From Paraspadella gotoi (Eukaryota > Animalia > Chaetognatha), in contig CM119263.1 in NCBI GenBank assembly GCA_051294375.1, positions 20,178,115-20,242,114 of the forward strand: a stretch of 64,000 bases of DNA, in the 5' to 3' direction. Position numbers and translations under genes: made by a program. Below, one piece after another: positions 26,904-42,383 of the stretch (position 1 is its first letter; every line of letters starts with the position of its first letter). Under the pieces are notes generated by a model. That model was not told where the DNA came from, ran no database searches, and saw only the letters and a list, made by a program, of their open reading frames with translations.

Positions 26904-28186
26904 TAAGTTATTTATGTTTGTTTGTCTATCATTAATACTTAAATACCGGAAGAAAGATGGATAAAATAACCAAGCGCGTAAATTTAGTAATAACGCAAGC
27001 AATCGATACGTCAAAAGGAATGAAATTTCAATTCACAATTTACGTAATCGAACACAACAAGCAATGATTGGCACTCGATTCGCGACGGTTCTCAACCAAC
27101 GTCACGCCGCAAAGACTGGTTGTTGTTGTCGCTTCGAGAAACATAAACAGCTTTCTCTTTCTTTCTTTTTTTTAATTCCGTTCGTCTCGCACATAATTCC
27201 TTCGCAATCGATGTCGTAATCGTCAAATCAATCAATCGATATTTTTTTCCCCCTCTAATTTATTCCCTGAGAAATCGCGGTCGGCGCTGATATCGAACAT
27301 GAATCTTTGTCTCGGCTTCGTCGTCAAATCTTCTATTCCTGACACGTTCGGGTCAAATATAACGTGAATTATAATAACTTTACGTCTTAGCCGATCTCGT
27401 TGAGACTACAGAGATATAAAATTATGTTTATAAAAATTGAATCACAAATTTTGTTGCGATTTGTTTCCCTTAGTGTAAGTCAGTAAGAATCCATTACATT
27501 TACACTAAACCCGGGGGAAAATAAGTGCAGCAGCAAATGCGCGCCCCGCAGATAACAAAAAAATATTACGATTATAGTCGTCAATGAACAAACTGATCCG
27601 GTGACATAATATTTCTTTTTTACTTCAAATCAAAACGTAACTTTTTTAACATGCCCGTCGTTAAAAATTGATTTTATAATTATATTTAAAAATTACTGAA
27701 CTGACAAGATAATACCAACACTTATCGTACAATACGTACTTTGTTTATATTGAGCCAAAATGGTTAATTACAGGAGATGTCGTCTGACGAATTCTTGGCT
27801 CACAATCAAGTTTGCGAAAACCACCGATTGAATTTTTCGCAGTTCCCATGTCCGAAAACTCTCTCTCTCTCTCTCTCTCTCAATGACCCCGCTCTTCGGT
27901 TGGCCACGCGTTGTTTTGCCAGAGGACAAATCGGAAGTAGCTCGAGGGAAGGAAGTCGGGAAGGGTGGCTACTTGGCTGTTGCTGAAGCTGCTGCCGCTG
28001 CCGTCCAGCGGCGCCGCGGCCGCATTTGAATATCGCTACCGATGATCGGCCTCGATACGACGGTCGGGAGACAGAAAGATGGTGGGGGGTAGGTCCATTC
28101 CAATCCGCTTTCGACGATTGCTAACAGGTGGCGTCGTAAAACTTTAACGAAAAGAGAGTGGAGGAGTTAGGAGTGAAAAACGTGAG

Positions 28187-28290
<104 letters not shown>

Positions 28291-31200
28291 TTCTCTCTCT
28301 CTCTCTCACACACACACACTCACTAAATGAATCAGGTGTTCGAGATTGGCCTTCTCATTAGGATAGGAAAAGCAATAACAAACGAACTGGGAATAACACA
28401 AAAACAACTCGTCTCTTTTCTCTGCTTCTTCTTCTTCCTCCTCCTCATCCTCTTCCGAAAACTTATTCATGCATTCCAGATGATTCGTGTCCCCCTCTCG
28501 CTCTCTCACCTTCTCTTTCAATTCTTAATTGGGCTCTCGAGTTCTCTTTTGCCTTCTTTCGCTCGCCATCCCCTGTTTTTTTTGTTTTTTGTTTTTTGTT
28601 TTAACTCCGGAAGTCGACGCGCCCATTGTTTCACTGCGCCACTGAGTAGTGTTTGGCGCTCTGATCGACAAATCTGCAGCTCGGGGGGGGGAGGAGAGGA
28701 GAAGGAAGAGGACGAGGACGAGGAGGAGGAGGAGGAGGAGGAGTAAAAAAAGAGGCTTAAAATAAGTTGGTCAATGATGAGAAGCGCAACTGATGAGAGA
28801 TAATTAGGAATAAGGATTGACTCGCCGTTTGAGCTATTGTAGATTGTAAATAAATGAAGGACACAGGAACGACCATTAAGTAAAACTAGCCAAATATTAT
28901 AGAAGTTATTTTTTTTCGATTTTTTGAGAGAAAAAAAACGTGTTAAAATTTATTGTTCGTCATTCTGGAGGAAAAAGTAGAAAATCTAGAATCCGTTAAA
29001 AAAGCAATAAAACATTTTTGTGTTAATGAAACAAATCTGTCTGGGTCGTTGTGATATAGGTGTGCTTATAGTTCGAATCGTCATTAAGAGAAAACGATAT
29101 AAAGGAAAATTCCGTATGTTGTGCCTTTCTAAAAGTCAGTAAAAGTAAGGAGCTCGATTAATATTTCTATGTTTTGCTATATGTATATATACATACGTAT
29201 ATTAGTGAAGTTGACATTGTATGCTTAAAACTCATTAACTAATAGACATTTGACAATTGTCATGGAAATACATATTTTTTAAAAACAAAATTGAAATAAT
29301 AAATAAAATAAACTCAAAATTTTTATTTTTTATTTTTAATGTGTAGAACTCTTCACATTCCCTTAAGCGGACCCATTGATCGGGGAGGTCAAAAGTTAAT
29401 ATCATAACGTTTGGCCCCTTAAACTGCGCTGGTTCCGTCTATAAGATTCTTTTTTTTCTGGTATAACGGGAAAGTGGTTAAAAAATTTGATGTTGGTCAG
29501 CACCGCAGATTTTTGTTTAAAAATTTGGTAAGAAGGAAATCTTCCTTCTATTTTAATTTTTTTCTCATCAAAGACGGTAAGACATATTTTTAAAAAGTTT
29601 CCTTTGTTTTCATTAATCGTTAAACATTGTTACTGGTAGCCAATATAACAGATTCTAAACATGATGTCGGAAGGGCTCTTTGAATAATTTTTGAGTCTCT
29701 TTCACAAAAGGTAGTCATATCATCTGAAGGTTTTAGTCTGGAAATGGCTTCTATATAAGTTTCTGATTGGTTGATTAGTAAACAAAAACTGACAATAATA
29801 ATAAAAAAGAAAACAATAAAAACGACGATTAAAACGATGATAAAAACGACGACAAAAAGGACGACGACAAAAAGGACGACAACAAAAAGTACGATGACGA
29901 AAAGGTTGATGATGAAAAGGATGACAAATCGGGAATAGTTAAAAAAATGTTGGTAAGGACAAATTTTAAATTTTTTTTCTTTTCAAACCAATTCACTAAT
30001 TGGATAGAAATGTAACCTCTAACATTAATACAAGTATGAGAAGAAGGGAAGCGCTCTTTATCTCCTAAAATTAAATCCGTTGCAAACTTTAGTTAACGGA
30101 AACCGGAAAGATATCACAGAGGTCATGAGAAATGTTTAGCAAATGAAATGACATCCTAGTTTGCATTTTAAAAAGTATTTGACCTTTTTTTCTGTCTTTT
30201 CCTGTGCTTGTATGAAGGATAGGATATCACTATTAAAATTCCTTTATCAGAGGAGGCCCAGCCCCTTGATTTCAGATTTTTTTATCCAGAAATAAAAAAT
30301 TGAAATTTTGGAAAAATGATTTCCTAAGTGAAAGTAAGACAATGGAGGGTATCAGTATGTAGGGGATATCACTTAAAAATTTTTTCAATAAATATTTTAT
30401 CCTTGTTCGCATTGCAACAAGGAGATGATAATTTTTTCTCTACTTTCCTGCGCAAAGACTGTTACCATTCGAATTCCTTTAATGATAGACCCTTAAGCTT
30501 ATGATATCATTTTTATCACTGGGTTCCCTTAAACGCGTTTTAAAAACCATAAAAAAAATCAATATTGACCTCTTAATCTTACTTAGAAAGGTGAGGTAAA
30601 TATTATAAAAGGCGATGACCTGGAACAATTAAAATTCAAAAAATTGAATAATCTTTTTTTAACGTAATTTATGGCACTAAAGAGAAGTCAGGACAGAATA
30701 TATACGTATATTTGGAATGATTCGGCCGATATATGAAAGTCGTATTTTTCAAAGAGAGAAAATTTCGGGTCGAGGATACCTGATTAAACTTTATGCTTTA
30801 TAAAGTACGGTATGAATCTAAGTCCCCTTTTATTTTACGTATTTAGTACCAGTCCTAAAAACTGAGTCGTCCTTACTTTTCTTCGACACTCGTATGGCAA
30901 TCTGAAACGGCTTCTTTTCAGGCAAACCGCCAACTGTGCTGAAATTTTCCAATGATAACCTTTGCACTGAGAGACACACAAACTCACAGAGAGAGAGAGA
31001 GAGTACTAAGAGAGAGATAGTGTTCCTATTTTTAATCAGTCAGCTTAATTGGCAAATCACGATTAGGCTTGTTGAATTTTCGTTTAGTTATTGCCCCGTT
31101 ATTTGTGACGATGACATTAGTTCACTCGCTTTAAATCACGAAGAGTTTTTTTTCCAATCACAATATTTATCTCGTTCGAACGAATCCAATTTTTCTCACT

Positions 31201-32477
31201 AACGTTGCTTCTTCCCCCGATCGATCCAGGCCCCCAGACTCATTCGTTGACGTCGTCGTCGTCGTCGTCGCCGTTGTCCGCGACTTCGCCCCATCCGAAA
31301 TAAACCGGGACCGAAAAACGCCTTTGAAATCGAAAACTGTGGGGGCCTTTGTTTCAAATCATTCTTTTCCTTCTGGAAAAAAAAAAGTTTAAGGGACGAT
31401 AAAAGCGTGGCGATCGACGGCTCGCTCCATGAAGCGATGAGGCCCGATCGGCAGGAGGGGACGGGGTAGGGGGGGGATTCGTAAGGGTTGAGAGTTTAAA
31501 AAAATGGGGGGGGGAAGAGAGAGAGAATGTAGCCGGTCATCCGTGCGGCAAAAAGAGGGAACTTTTTTAATTGGCACCCCCGACACGGTTCGTCGGGGAG
31601 ACACAGGAAGTCCCTTTCAAGACGGCACCGATTTTTATGACGAGGATTAATAAGAGCGGAGGAGGAGGAGGAGCGCGGAGGAGAGAGGCGAGGGGAGAGA
31701 GGAAGAGGAGGATCGGGGGAGTCGGGGCTGATGAGCACCTTCCAGTCCAGCGATGAAGGTCGGCCGCGTCGGCGGAGGCGACGACGACGATATGAACGAC
31801 ATCGCAGACGAGATCAACACGTTGTAAAGAGAAGGATGGCGAGGATGCCTTCCGGTTCGTTCTTTGGCTTTTGGAGATTCGATTCGACGTTGTCGTGGAA
31901 GAAGGTTAAAGACTAATTTATTTATAATAAGACACGGTAACGTTATAACTGTTTTAAACCATTTTTGTTTGAACGCTGCTCCCTACGTTTTGAATTTTTT
32001 TTAAAAATTTTGTCAAAAAAAGGGAAAAAAATTAGTAATTCAAGGTTACTAATTTTTCTTTCTTTTTCATTCTTGACCTAAAAAAAATTAAGAACATAAA
32101 ATCTTTTTTATTGACAATATTTTAATTTATCGTTATATCGTTTGTTTTATCATAAACTTTAAAAAAAAAACATCCACTCTACATGCGCAACAAATCAGGG
32201 GAGGAAGAAAGGAAAAAAATAAGAGGAAAAAAAAACACGAAATGTCATTGGACAAAAGGGGGGCGAGGCGGAGGGGGCGGAGGGGGCGGAGGGATGAGCA
32301 GTAGGAGGAGTAAGCGGCATTCGAGTGGAGGAGGAAGAGGACGAGGAGCCGGGATGCCGGGATGGTAGAGGACATTTCCTTTGTTAAGAGAATCAGCGAA
32401 GCGAGGAATTTTAACTACAACGTTGGGTGCAATTATGACAGAGGAGATTTGGCGGGGAGAGATGAGATTTATGTGAT

Positions 32478-32538
<61 letters not shown>

Positions 32539-32545
32539 GAGAGAG

Positions 32546-32582
<37 letters not shown>

Positions 32583-33121
32583 TCGGCACCGGGGTCGAAG
32601 CGGAGAGAGGCACGATGGAAAAACGATGGCAAGAGAGGGTTAGGATGCATGAGGAAATGGCATGAGGGATGGCAGGACGTAGAATGGAGAAAAGGAAAGA
32701 TGTAGGATGAGAAGCGAGGGGAAAGAGCCAGGTTGTATTGTGATGAACGATGATAATTTTAACGATGCGATAATAAGTGAGGATTCGTTTTCTAAAGAAT
32801 GAATTAAGAAACAAAGAAAACAAAATAAAAAGAAGGAAAAAAGAAAGAAATCAATTTTAGAAAAAACCTGTCAATCCTAACCCGAACTCAACTTCGCGTC
32901 GGGTCAGGTGATCGCCTGATGACGAATTCACACGCGAAGCTTTTCCCTTTTTGTCACGAGTCGGGAAAATTGTCGTTCCATCGTCGTCGTCGTAGTCTTC
33001 GTTAGTCGGTCGTCCGTGTCGCTGTCGCCGTTTCGCCGTCGGCCGTCGCCGTTGTTATCGACGAAGTCATCGATGCATTTGCTAAAGTACTAATAGAGAG
33101 AGAGGGGGAGAAAGAGGAGAG

Positions 33122-33198
<77 letters not shown>

Positions 33199-36100
33199 TG
33201 TGACATCGAGTGTTCCGCGTCAACCTTCAATCTCTCAGGTCCTTCACGCCAAACTTCACGTCAACATTGATCCGTCCGTTCTTCTCTCTTCCTCCGTCGG
33301 AGATTTTGTTTAAAAAAAAAGATAAAAAAGTGATAAAAATCACCGATTGGGAATCACTTGACCCAAGAGGTGATTTTTCATTTTTTCGCCAGGCAATTTG
33401 TCTTTTTCGCCGTCAAAAATAAACATTTAATGGAGAAATAAAGTCGCGATTACCGACTTGAAGTGTCTTATGTTGATTAATTGATGCTTTAAACAATTTG
33501 AATGTATAAATACTATAAATTAACTTTCACATCTCAAGACTTGATTCGAACGCGTGACGTCATCCAAATATTTTCTTACACTGAAAAAAAGAAAAAGTCT
33601 GTCCATAACCTTTTAAAAGTTAGGGCAAACTGAGGGTGGGGGAGACGAAGGAAGAGCTAGGGGGAGGAAATGAAGAAGAGAAAGAAGAAAAAGAAAGTAA
33701 AAGAGCGAGATAAAGAAAAAGAAAAAAGAAAAAAAGAAAAAGAATCACTATCCTAAAAGGCAACGGAGCCAAAGACTGAAAAACAAACATTTTCCTCTGA
33801 TGTTTAACTTTTGCTCTATTTTTTTTCTCTCTCTTTTTTTTATATATTTTTTCTCCCTTTTTTCGTGTTTCAGATTTTTTTTTCTGTTCACTTTCTTCCA
33901 GTTGCCAAACTCCTCTGGTGGCTTTGATTCCATCTCCGCCTCGCGAAGCCTCGTGCCATCGTCGTTGATGTAGTCGTCGTCGTCGTCGTCGTCGTCGTCA
34001 CTCGCAAGCGGTTTCGCCCTTTGAAGCTTAAATCTTTTTATTTCACGAAAAAAGAGAAAAAAATACAAGAGCGAAATCAGGTGTTATCACTTATTTTTTT
34101 CTTTCATATTCAATTAATTCTTTAGGTTTTTTAGTTTTTCAGTATTCGAATACGACAAAAATATTGTTTAAATTTCATAAAATTTATTAAAATTATTAAA
34201 ACGAACGAACAATTGAAGAAATAAAAAATAAGTGAGAGTTGCGCCGGTGGTTTCGAGCGTCCGTGATTTCCAATTGACTTTCGCGATAAAATTCGAGTAT
34301 AACTCGAAAACAAGATTCGGGCGAAAGCAAACTGATAAAATCTTAACAAATACTTAGCTAAACAAAATCTTTTATACTTTGTTTTTAGTTTAGAAAAATG
34401 AAGGAAATGGAAATCGGTGGTTTTTGTACCACAGGTGACGAGCGTCGGAGGAAGTGGGGGATTTTTTTTATATTTCGACCCGCCTTCATTTCGTGGAGAG
34501 ACCTAATTGAATTTCAGTTTGTTTACACGGATTACGTAAACATTCATTACGAAACGGGAGTGGGGGACGCAGTTTTTTATTATTTTTTTTTCTTTCGGAG
34601 TTTACGAGACGCTGATTCCACTTCCTGAACGTATTCTCGGTCCTAATAAAGAATAAACAGGGCTAAAGAAAGAACAAACAATTGAAATCGAGAGTGAAAC
34701 ACTCGTTCGTTCATCTGACAGAACCCGAAATCGTAACGAATATGTCGGACTAGGTTGAAATTGAACCAATCAGAGAGAATGAGGAGAAAAAAATCACCAA
34801 TAAGAGTTTCGAAACTTTCCGAGAGGGTTATGGTTTTTAAACATTGACCAATAAGAATCTACCCAAGACAAAAACTTTGAACCAATGAACGTGCGGTCCG
34901 TTTGTGAAGTTACGAACTCAAAAAAAGTTTGCGGCGCCATTTGTGAATGGTGAATTGCGTCGTAGATACGAGTAAGGAAATAGAGATTACGGTCCATCTT
35001 ATGAAATTACATTCCTTTGATCAGTTGGTATGTTTGTCCTTTTATTGTGTATCAGTCGAAAAAAGAGAGAGAATAAGAAAAGATGGACAAAAATGGGACC
35101 CAAAAAAAATGGATAAGAAGCGTGAGAAGCTAAATAAAGGAATTAAAAGTAGAGTAAAAAGGTAAATAATAAAGAATGCATTAAATGAATTAATAAATTA
35201 AGAATTTGTCAGCACTAATTAGTTAATTTATAAGTACTCCAAAAAAAAGGCGTGAAAGGAAAGAAAAAATATTGTATAAAGAGACGAAAAGCAAGTCTTT
35301 GGAAAGAGAAACCAAAAACAAGAAAAGTCTTCGACCAAAGCAAGAAAAGGCCTCGACAAGAAAAGCCCAACCCAAAAGTCATATTCACACGGAGTCATTC
35401 CTTGCCACAAAAAAAAAAAAGAATAAAAAAGAAAATAAAAGGAAAACCCGTCATCTTTACCAGAGCCGGCGTTGAAAGCCACTTTTCTTTTTCCGAGTTT
35501 TTCAATCCCAATTCTGAATTTTATGTTCTTCTCTTCTCCGCCTCCTTCAATGAGGGACGACTGCCACCTCCCCCACCCCCCCTTCCGCCGCTTTCGATGC
35601 TCCGCCCACTCGGTCGGGGGGCGACTTCGTTTTCTCCTCCCAGTTTTGCCGAAATCTTAGTCGCCATTATTAGAGGAGGCGTGGGGAAGAGGGGGGGGGT
35701 AGAAACCCAATAGCCTATGCCCACTTGCCCACTTAGCTTAGCCCATAAAGGCCACGGCTCTTAACATCACTTCAAAAACTTCCCCTTTTCTTTTTTGTCT
35801 GATGGGAAAACTCCACATTCTTAGATCAATGACCTTTTAATAAAAAAGTCAACTCAGAGACTAATTTCATTAAAATACTTAGAGAATTGACAAGTTAATA
35901 ATAATAGCTTTTTAATCAACAATGATGTTTCTCTGACCAGACCGTTCTATTCAAACGTGTTCCCTCAAACTAAATAACCATAATTCCGATGCCGCCAGGA
36001 TTGATACCGACTCATTCCAAACGACAGGCAAAACCCGGTGCGCATCATGCCCCCTTTAACGAACCCCCTCGCCACCTACAAGCTTTTGCTTGCCCCCTTT

Positions 36101-36293
36101 CGGCCTCCCACCGCCCCTTAATCGCTCTCGAGCCGTGGATTGATGACCACCCGCAAGCTCAGTTTTTTTAGTCAAAAGGAAAGAGAAGAAGAGAGTGTGA
36201 AATAGAGAGAGAGGATTAAGAGCGAAATTGAGAGTGTAAAATAGACAAAATGGGAGAGATAAACTTTTGAGACGAGAGAGAGAGAAATAGAGT

Positions 36294-36341
<48 letters not shown>

Positions 36342-37140
36342 TATATATATATATATATAAAGAGATAGAGAGAGAGAGGGAGAGAGAGAGAGAGAAAAAA
36401 AAATTATCGTGAATTGAAATAAAAAATGAAAAAGGAAGTAAGAATGGTAGCTCGGTAAAGAATGGAAATTAAAAAGATAGTGAGATTTAAAGAAATACTG
36501 AGTGTGAGAGCAATAAATAGAAAAGTTGTGAATAAAATAAATGAACTCGACGTGACATGTAAATCACCAGAAAAACCTGGGTTGTCGTGAATGACCGGCG
36601 ATAATTCTGAGTCCACGTCAACTGTGGAATTTCCCTAAGTTCTCACCTGAACCCTTTCCTCTTATTGCCCACCCTGTGATTCCCCGCATCCCACCCGGTC
36701 CCGCCCCGACTCCCCGACCCCCCGACCCTGCCTCCGATAAGTCGGAATTCTGTGGGAAAGTGAGGACCACGATTTTTGACCCACTTTGAAAACCGAGATA
36801 AGATTCCAAGCATTTCAGTTTTTTTTCAAAACTTGTTGGGAAGAGTAAGAATAAAATAGTGAAGAGAGTGAATGAATATAAGTGTGTGAAAAAAAGGAGT
36901 AAGTAAAATGCAGATACAACACAATGCGACTTTTAACCCAGAATATGAGTTATAACGCGAAGGATCCGCTCCAAACGTGTTCGATTCGCGTGTTGCATAT
37001 AAGAAAGGAGCACTAAAGAACAATAATAACAATAATAAATATATGTAAAATAACCAAAGGGGAAGATCCATCTACTGGTCCATTTCATGCGGTGATAGTA
37101 TCCCGAAGTTGACCGTTTTACTGTAATTTGTCTATATATT

Positions 37141-37297
37141 TGAAATTGGTACAACCAATATAAAAATTATCTATTCATTTAATAAATAAGCTATCTTGTC
37201 CCTGACTTTGGACAGGCTTTGGTGGTTTAAGGCCTCCATCACACTTACAAGATAATAACATAGCAGGTTTCTGCAAGCTTTCAATCAAGACTCTCTC
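37141..37297 (-). mobile_element. Dispersed repeat, longest copy in the window
   Basis: Matches 11399-11514, and in reverse complement 61001-61058, 61692-61714 and ~5493-5532. Confidence 0.85.
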
Positions 37298-37725
37298 TCA
37301 ATATCATTTTTCTTTTCTCCTCGTCATTCCGCTGTTTTTATTTTTTCTGTTTTCTAGGATTTTCTACCAACACATCAATTTTTCTCGACTTCTGTTGCTT
37401 TGGTTCTTCCATGTGACCAGACGACAAATGCCCTTAATTTTCCCTATCGAAACATTCCCCCTCTCCCTTACCCTTCCGATCTCCGTCAAACAACCGCGGG
37501 CCTCGGAAGTCGTCTGGAAAGTCGATGACGACCACGACGACGACGAGCGAGACGAAATAAGAAAACAACTGCAACGACGACGACGACAAAGCCGCCTTTT
37601 GATCTTGACGAGTTCGGAAGGAGAGCGCGAGGATTCGCAGCAAACTTCGCTATGAATGACCCACATTTGAAAGAAATGGTTTAATTCGAAAAAGACGTCG
37701 TCGCGTTGTGGAAAACCGGGGAGGG

Positions 37726-37763
<38 letters not shown>

Positions 37764-37796
37764 AGAGAGATAAAAAAATGAGAAAGAATCGGAATA

Positions 37797-37930
37797 ATGA
37801 ATAAATACATGAATGAATGAATGAATGAATGAATGAATGAATGAATGAATGAAACAATGAATGAATAAATGAATGAATGAATGAATGAATGAATGAATGA
37901 AGGAATAAATGAATGAATGAATGGATGAAT
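37797..37930. repeat. (TGAA)n tetranucleotide microsatellite
   Basis: Seen directly in the sequence. Confidence 0.95.
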
Positions 37931-38719
37931 AATTTAAGTTTAATAAGTAAATATTGAAACATATAAATGGATCGATTTCTTAAATAAGGGCCTTGATGTA
38001 AAATGCTGCCTGTTATCCCAGAACGCTCTTGTGGGGGCGTGGGTGCGCTCCATCGCAAAATGACGGTCTTGAAGAAAGGAACTGTGAGTCGTGAGACGAA
38101 TCGTCACCCGGAAACGAATTTCACTACGAAGTGACTCACTTTTTTTGACTCGAATTCGAGTCGAAAACAGGAAACATCTTCGCTGTAAATTTGTGTCTGG
38201 GCGTCATTTTTTTTTGGGGGGGGAAGGAGGAGGAGGAGGAGGAGGAGGAGGAGGAGGAGGAGGAAGAAAACGAAGAAGAAGATAGAAGAAAAAACATTTA
38301 AAATGGGGAAGGGGGAGAGAGTTGGGAAAGAGTGACGAGAAGTCGAAAGGAGGAGGGAGAAAAACGTTTAAGAAAAAGGGAAAATGTACAGAAAAAGAAA
38401 GTGAAAAAAAGAAAGAAAAACAACTTCGTGCTTTGAAAAAGCTACAATTTGTATGTTTGACTAAATTAAACATTTATCCGTTAACCTATATAATTTTTCA
38501 GTTAAAGTCGGCGGACAGCACAATACGTCAGCGGCATAGGAAGCGAAAACGTCAACCGCCTGCGTTTTACAAACTTTTTTTTCTTAGATCCGGAATTCGA
38601 ATTGAAATAAATGATTTTTTGGCCGAATATTCGACCTTCGAAGTTGAAGACGATTTCCAGCGGATGTTGAAAGACGTCGAAGTGGCCGTTAAGGGGAGAT
38701 TGTGTGTGGGAAACGGGAT

Positions 38720-38755
<36 letters not shown>

Positions 38756-38763
38756 AGAGAGAG

Positions 38764-38841
<78 letters not shown>

Positions 38842-41437
38842 TAATACAGAAAACATAAGCTTTTTAGATATTTTTTTTTTAGTTGGGGGGCGGAAAAATA
38901 CTTAAAAATGCTTCTCCAGGTTTACAAACAAATCTTCCTCTCGTAAAGTCGTTGGCCACCAAAAGCGTCAACATCCCGGGCGTGGGAGCCTCGTTTTAAC
39001 CCTGGGAAAGATCGAGAAACGAGGAATAAAGATCGCGCGAAGTGGCGAGAGGTTGGGAAGTGAAGATGAAGGCCGGACCGGCGATAAGTCTCGATCTACA
39101 AAATTTGATCGGTTAACTATTGGTCGGTTGGGGACAACAGGAAAGGTCAGAAAAATTTGTGGACTTATCACTTGGTTCGGCGTTAACAATTGACCCAGTC
39201 AGGGATAACAATAACCAAGAACGTCGTGCATAGTAGTCGAATTAAATATTTTTACTAAAAAGTCATTTCGATAGATTTGCGATCAATGAAAGAAATACCG
39301 AAATTATAATGCGTAGCAGATTAATTTCTGGATTATTGTCGTATATTGTCGTATTCTTATTAAGCTTTGATAAATCTTTGTTCTATTACACTGAAGGTTT
39401 AATATTAATATTTTACATTGGTAAACGATCACGCTTGTTTGTGGTTCAATTAATAGCTAAATAATTAATGATTTAATTATCAAAATCAGGGTAAACATTC
39501 TCATACAGATATACCACCCTGCTATATATGGTCGACGGAAGTGTGGTCGACAACAACCAAGTAACTCAACGCCAGTGAGTCAAGTCAGTCTTCATCGACA
39601 GAAGCCGGTCGGATCTTCCCACACTCGCAGTTTACGTTCGCGTCATGAATCTTTCTTTCTCAATTTTCTTTTTTTCTACTTTCATTTTATTTTTCGGCTT
39701 CTGTTGAGCGTCATTTGCCGAAATAAACAAAAACGAAGGAATCGACTCGATTTCATTTTTCGTACAGAGAAGTAAAACTACTTCTGGAGTGAAATTTGGT
39801 TTTTCCACTTAACGAAGTTCAAAGTAGCAGTGTCAAAGGAAACAGGTAAAAATGTAACTTTGATCATTGAAGGTACCAAACAATTGTCTATTTGTGGTAG
39901 TGCTTTGATTCTGTTTTCAAGAATAAACATAATTGTCCTCATTATAGATAACAAATTTTGACCATACTTGTTTGGTATAAATTATCGCGTTTCAATCAAT
40001 TACTAATGTACTGTAGCTAACTCGAGCAACACCCAAGCTAATAACGCAAAAGCTGGAAATAAGTGGATTTGATTCATTCATCGAAAAATGTTTATTGGCA
40101 TCAAAGGTACAAAAAACCGAAGCAAATATAACCTTACAATCCAAATACTATCAAGCTTTTAAATAAAGACAGAAAACTAACAAGACGGCTGTACATTAAG
40201 TACATATTTATAAAGGAATTATTAAAAAAACAAAAACAAAAGAAAAATACTCGAATACCTTAATTCTTGAAGAATGAAAAAGTGTATAATTTCTTCTGGT
40301 CGAGTATATTTCATGCCCGCTGGTATTCCCGGTTCGAATTGATAAAATCAAGATGAGGTTTCAAATATTTTTTCTGTTTCTCTCTATGATTCAGAAAAAA
40401 TAGAAATTTTTTTTTCGTTCTGTGTAAATTCCTCAGCTTAGCCGCTTCCCCGTGGAGCCCGGGAGCAGGCCATGTGGAAAAAATAACAATAATGATGAAA
40501 ATATGAATATTAATAATACGAAGGACCCTATAATCCAATCTGGATACCCGCTGATTCCTGTTGATAACCTCGGGGGAAAGAATCAGGGAAAATTCCCAAA
40601 AATTCAAAGATTCATAATTAAAGCAGAAAAACGGCAAGTGATTCCAGCTGGTCCCTTATTTTATTTTTACAACGAAAAAATGACCAGAATTTAAAGGGGA
40701 TATTTATTATTTTTGTTTAATTTCTTCTTAAATTTAAATTCTGGGTGCTAATACGATGAGATAACTTAGTATTTTCATTTGCGAAAAAAGCCTTTTGATG
40801 TTTGCGTCGACAGACCAGACTCCTTAAACTTAGTTCATATTTTCCTCTCTTTCTCGTCCACAGCGGGATCAAAAAATGCCCCACCTAACGGCTGAATTTC
40901 TTTTTCATAATTCATAAAAAAATAAAAATAAAAAGCATCATTAAACTTTTTTTCTCTTTCTTGTTCAGCCATATATTTCTTCAGTCTTGATGTTCAGAAG
41001 TATTTCATAATACAAAAAAAAAAAAAGACTCGAAAGAAAACAACAAAATTGCGAGAGTTGGAAGTGATGAATGAAATTATAAAAAAGATGAAGAGATAGA
41101 GGGATGGTTGAATAATGAATATGAAACAAAAAGAAAAGGAAAAGTGAATTGTGTTATACAGGGATGAAGAGAGAAATTAATAAGGAGACAAAATGGAAAG
41201 AAAAGAATAAACAGTGTAAGCTAACGAATTCTCAATTATGTTACTTTACTCTTTCCTCTTCTTTTAACTTGTCTTCTTTTTTCTTCCTCACTCACTCCGT
41301 CTCTCCTCCCCCTCCTCCTCTTTTCATCTCACTCATGTGTGGCCCCGGGGTCCGTGTTACGAGTTTGTCCATCACAAGAGCCTCTGGTTTACGGGATCGG
41401 ATTCCACGAGGGAAATGATATGTGAGGGAGAGAGAGA

Positions 41438-41541
<104 letters not shown>

Positions 41542-42383
41542 AGTTAGAATATTTATGATCCCTTATTTTTTGCAGGAATCAAAATTTAAGTATTTCTACG
41601 CAGACGTGAAAAGAAATTTAAAAAGAAACGAAGACGTGACTGACAAAGAAAAACCGACTATGAGTATGACAAAACAAAAAGGGTTAAAAATCCGGGGAAT
41701 TTTCCCCTTCCCACTCGACAATAAAAAAGTGATAAATTCTCCCCTAAGACTTTTGTTTCCGAGAGGGCGGACGTTAGGTTGTCGAAAGAAAGCCGGTGGA
41801 AGGGGGAATGGGGAGTCGCATGTTGGAGTGGTTGGGACCGAGGGGGGGGGAGAATTATCTTTTCTCGCCCTGGTGTCTGGCGATGTGGGAAAGACGAGAT
41901 AAGTTATGATCCTCTTCGTTTAATTATTCCAGTTTTTATTTTTCTCTTGTTTCCTCTTTTTTTTTCCCCAGCCATAAAACTATTTCAAAACCCGAATTAT
42001 AACAGTTGCGGAACCAAAGATTTTCATAACGAAGTCTTTTTTGCGAGATGAAAATACTAAGCCAAAACCGTTTTTACTACATATGTGTATTTTTTAATGA
42101 AGAATACTGGCAGAAAATAAAAGTTAAACTGGCTCGAAAAACTATTGTGACAGATTTACAATCGTCGATCGAACGCTGCGTCACTGTTTTCTGTAAATTG
42201 TGCCTACGAACAGCATCAACAATATTCACGCCACAACTGGGATGCGCGTGACACGATATACAGGGCGTTCGACGCCGATCGTGACCAGATGAAAATCTCA
42301 TGTAGTTAACGATTATCGGGCAATTTTATTGATAGATTTAAGCAGTGGAAGTTGTCGTCGTTGTCGTTGTTGACGTCCACGCC

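Noticed and set aside
36950-37000. GTTCGATTC B-box-like motif suggesting a tRNA or SINE
   Set aside because: No cloverleaf or A-box could be built.
31200-38100. GC-rich islands with exon-like boundaries (e.g. 31736-31900, 33890-34020, 37471-37720)
   Set aside because: I could not join them into a phase-consistent, protein-like gene. They may be non-coding exons or enhancers.
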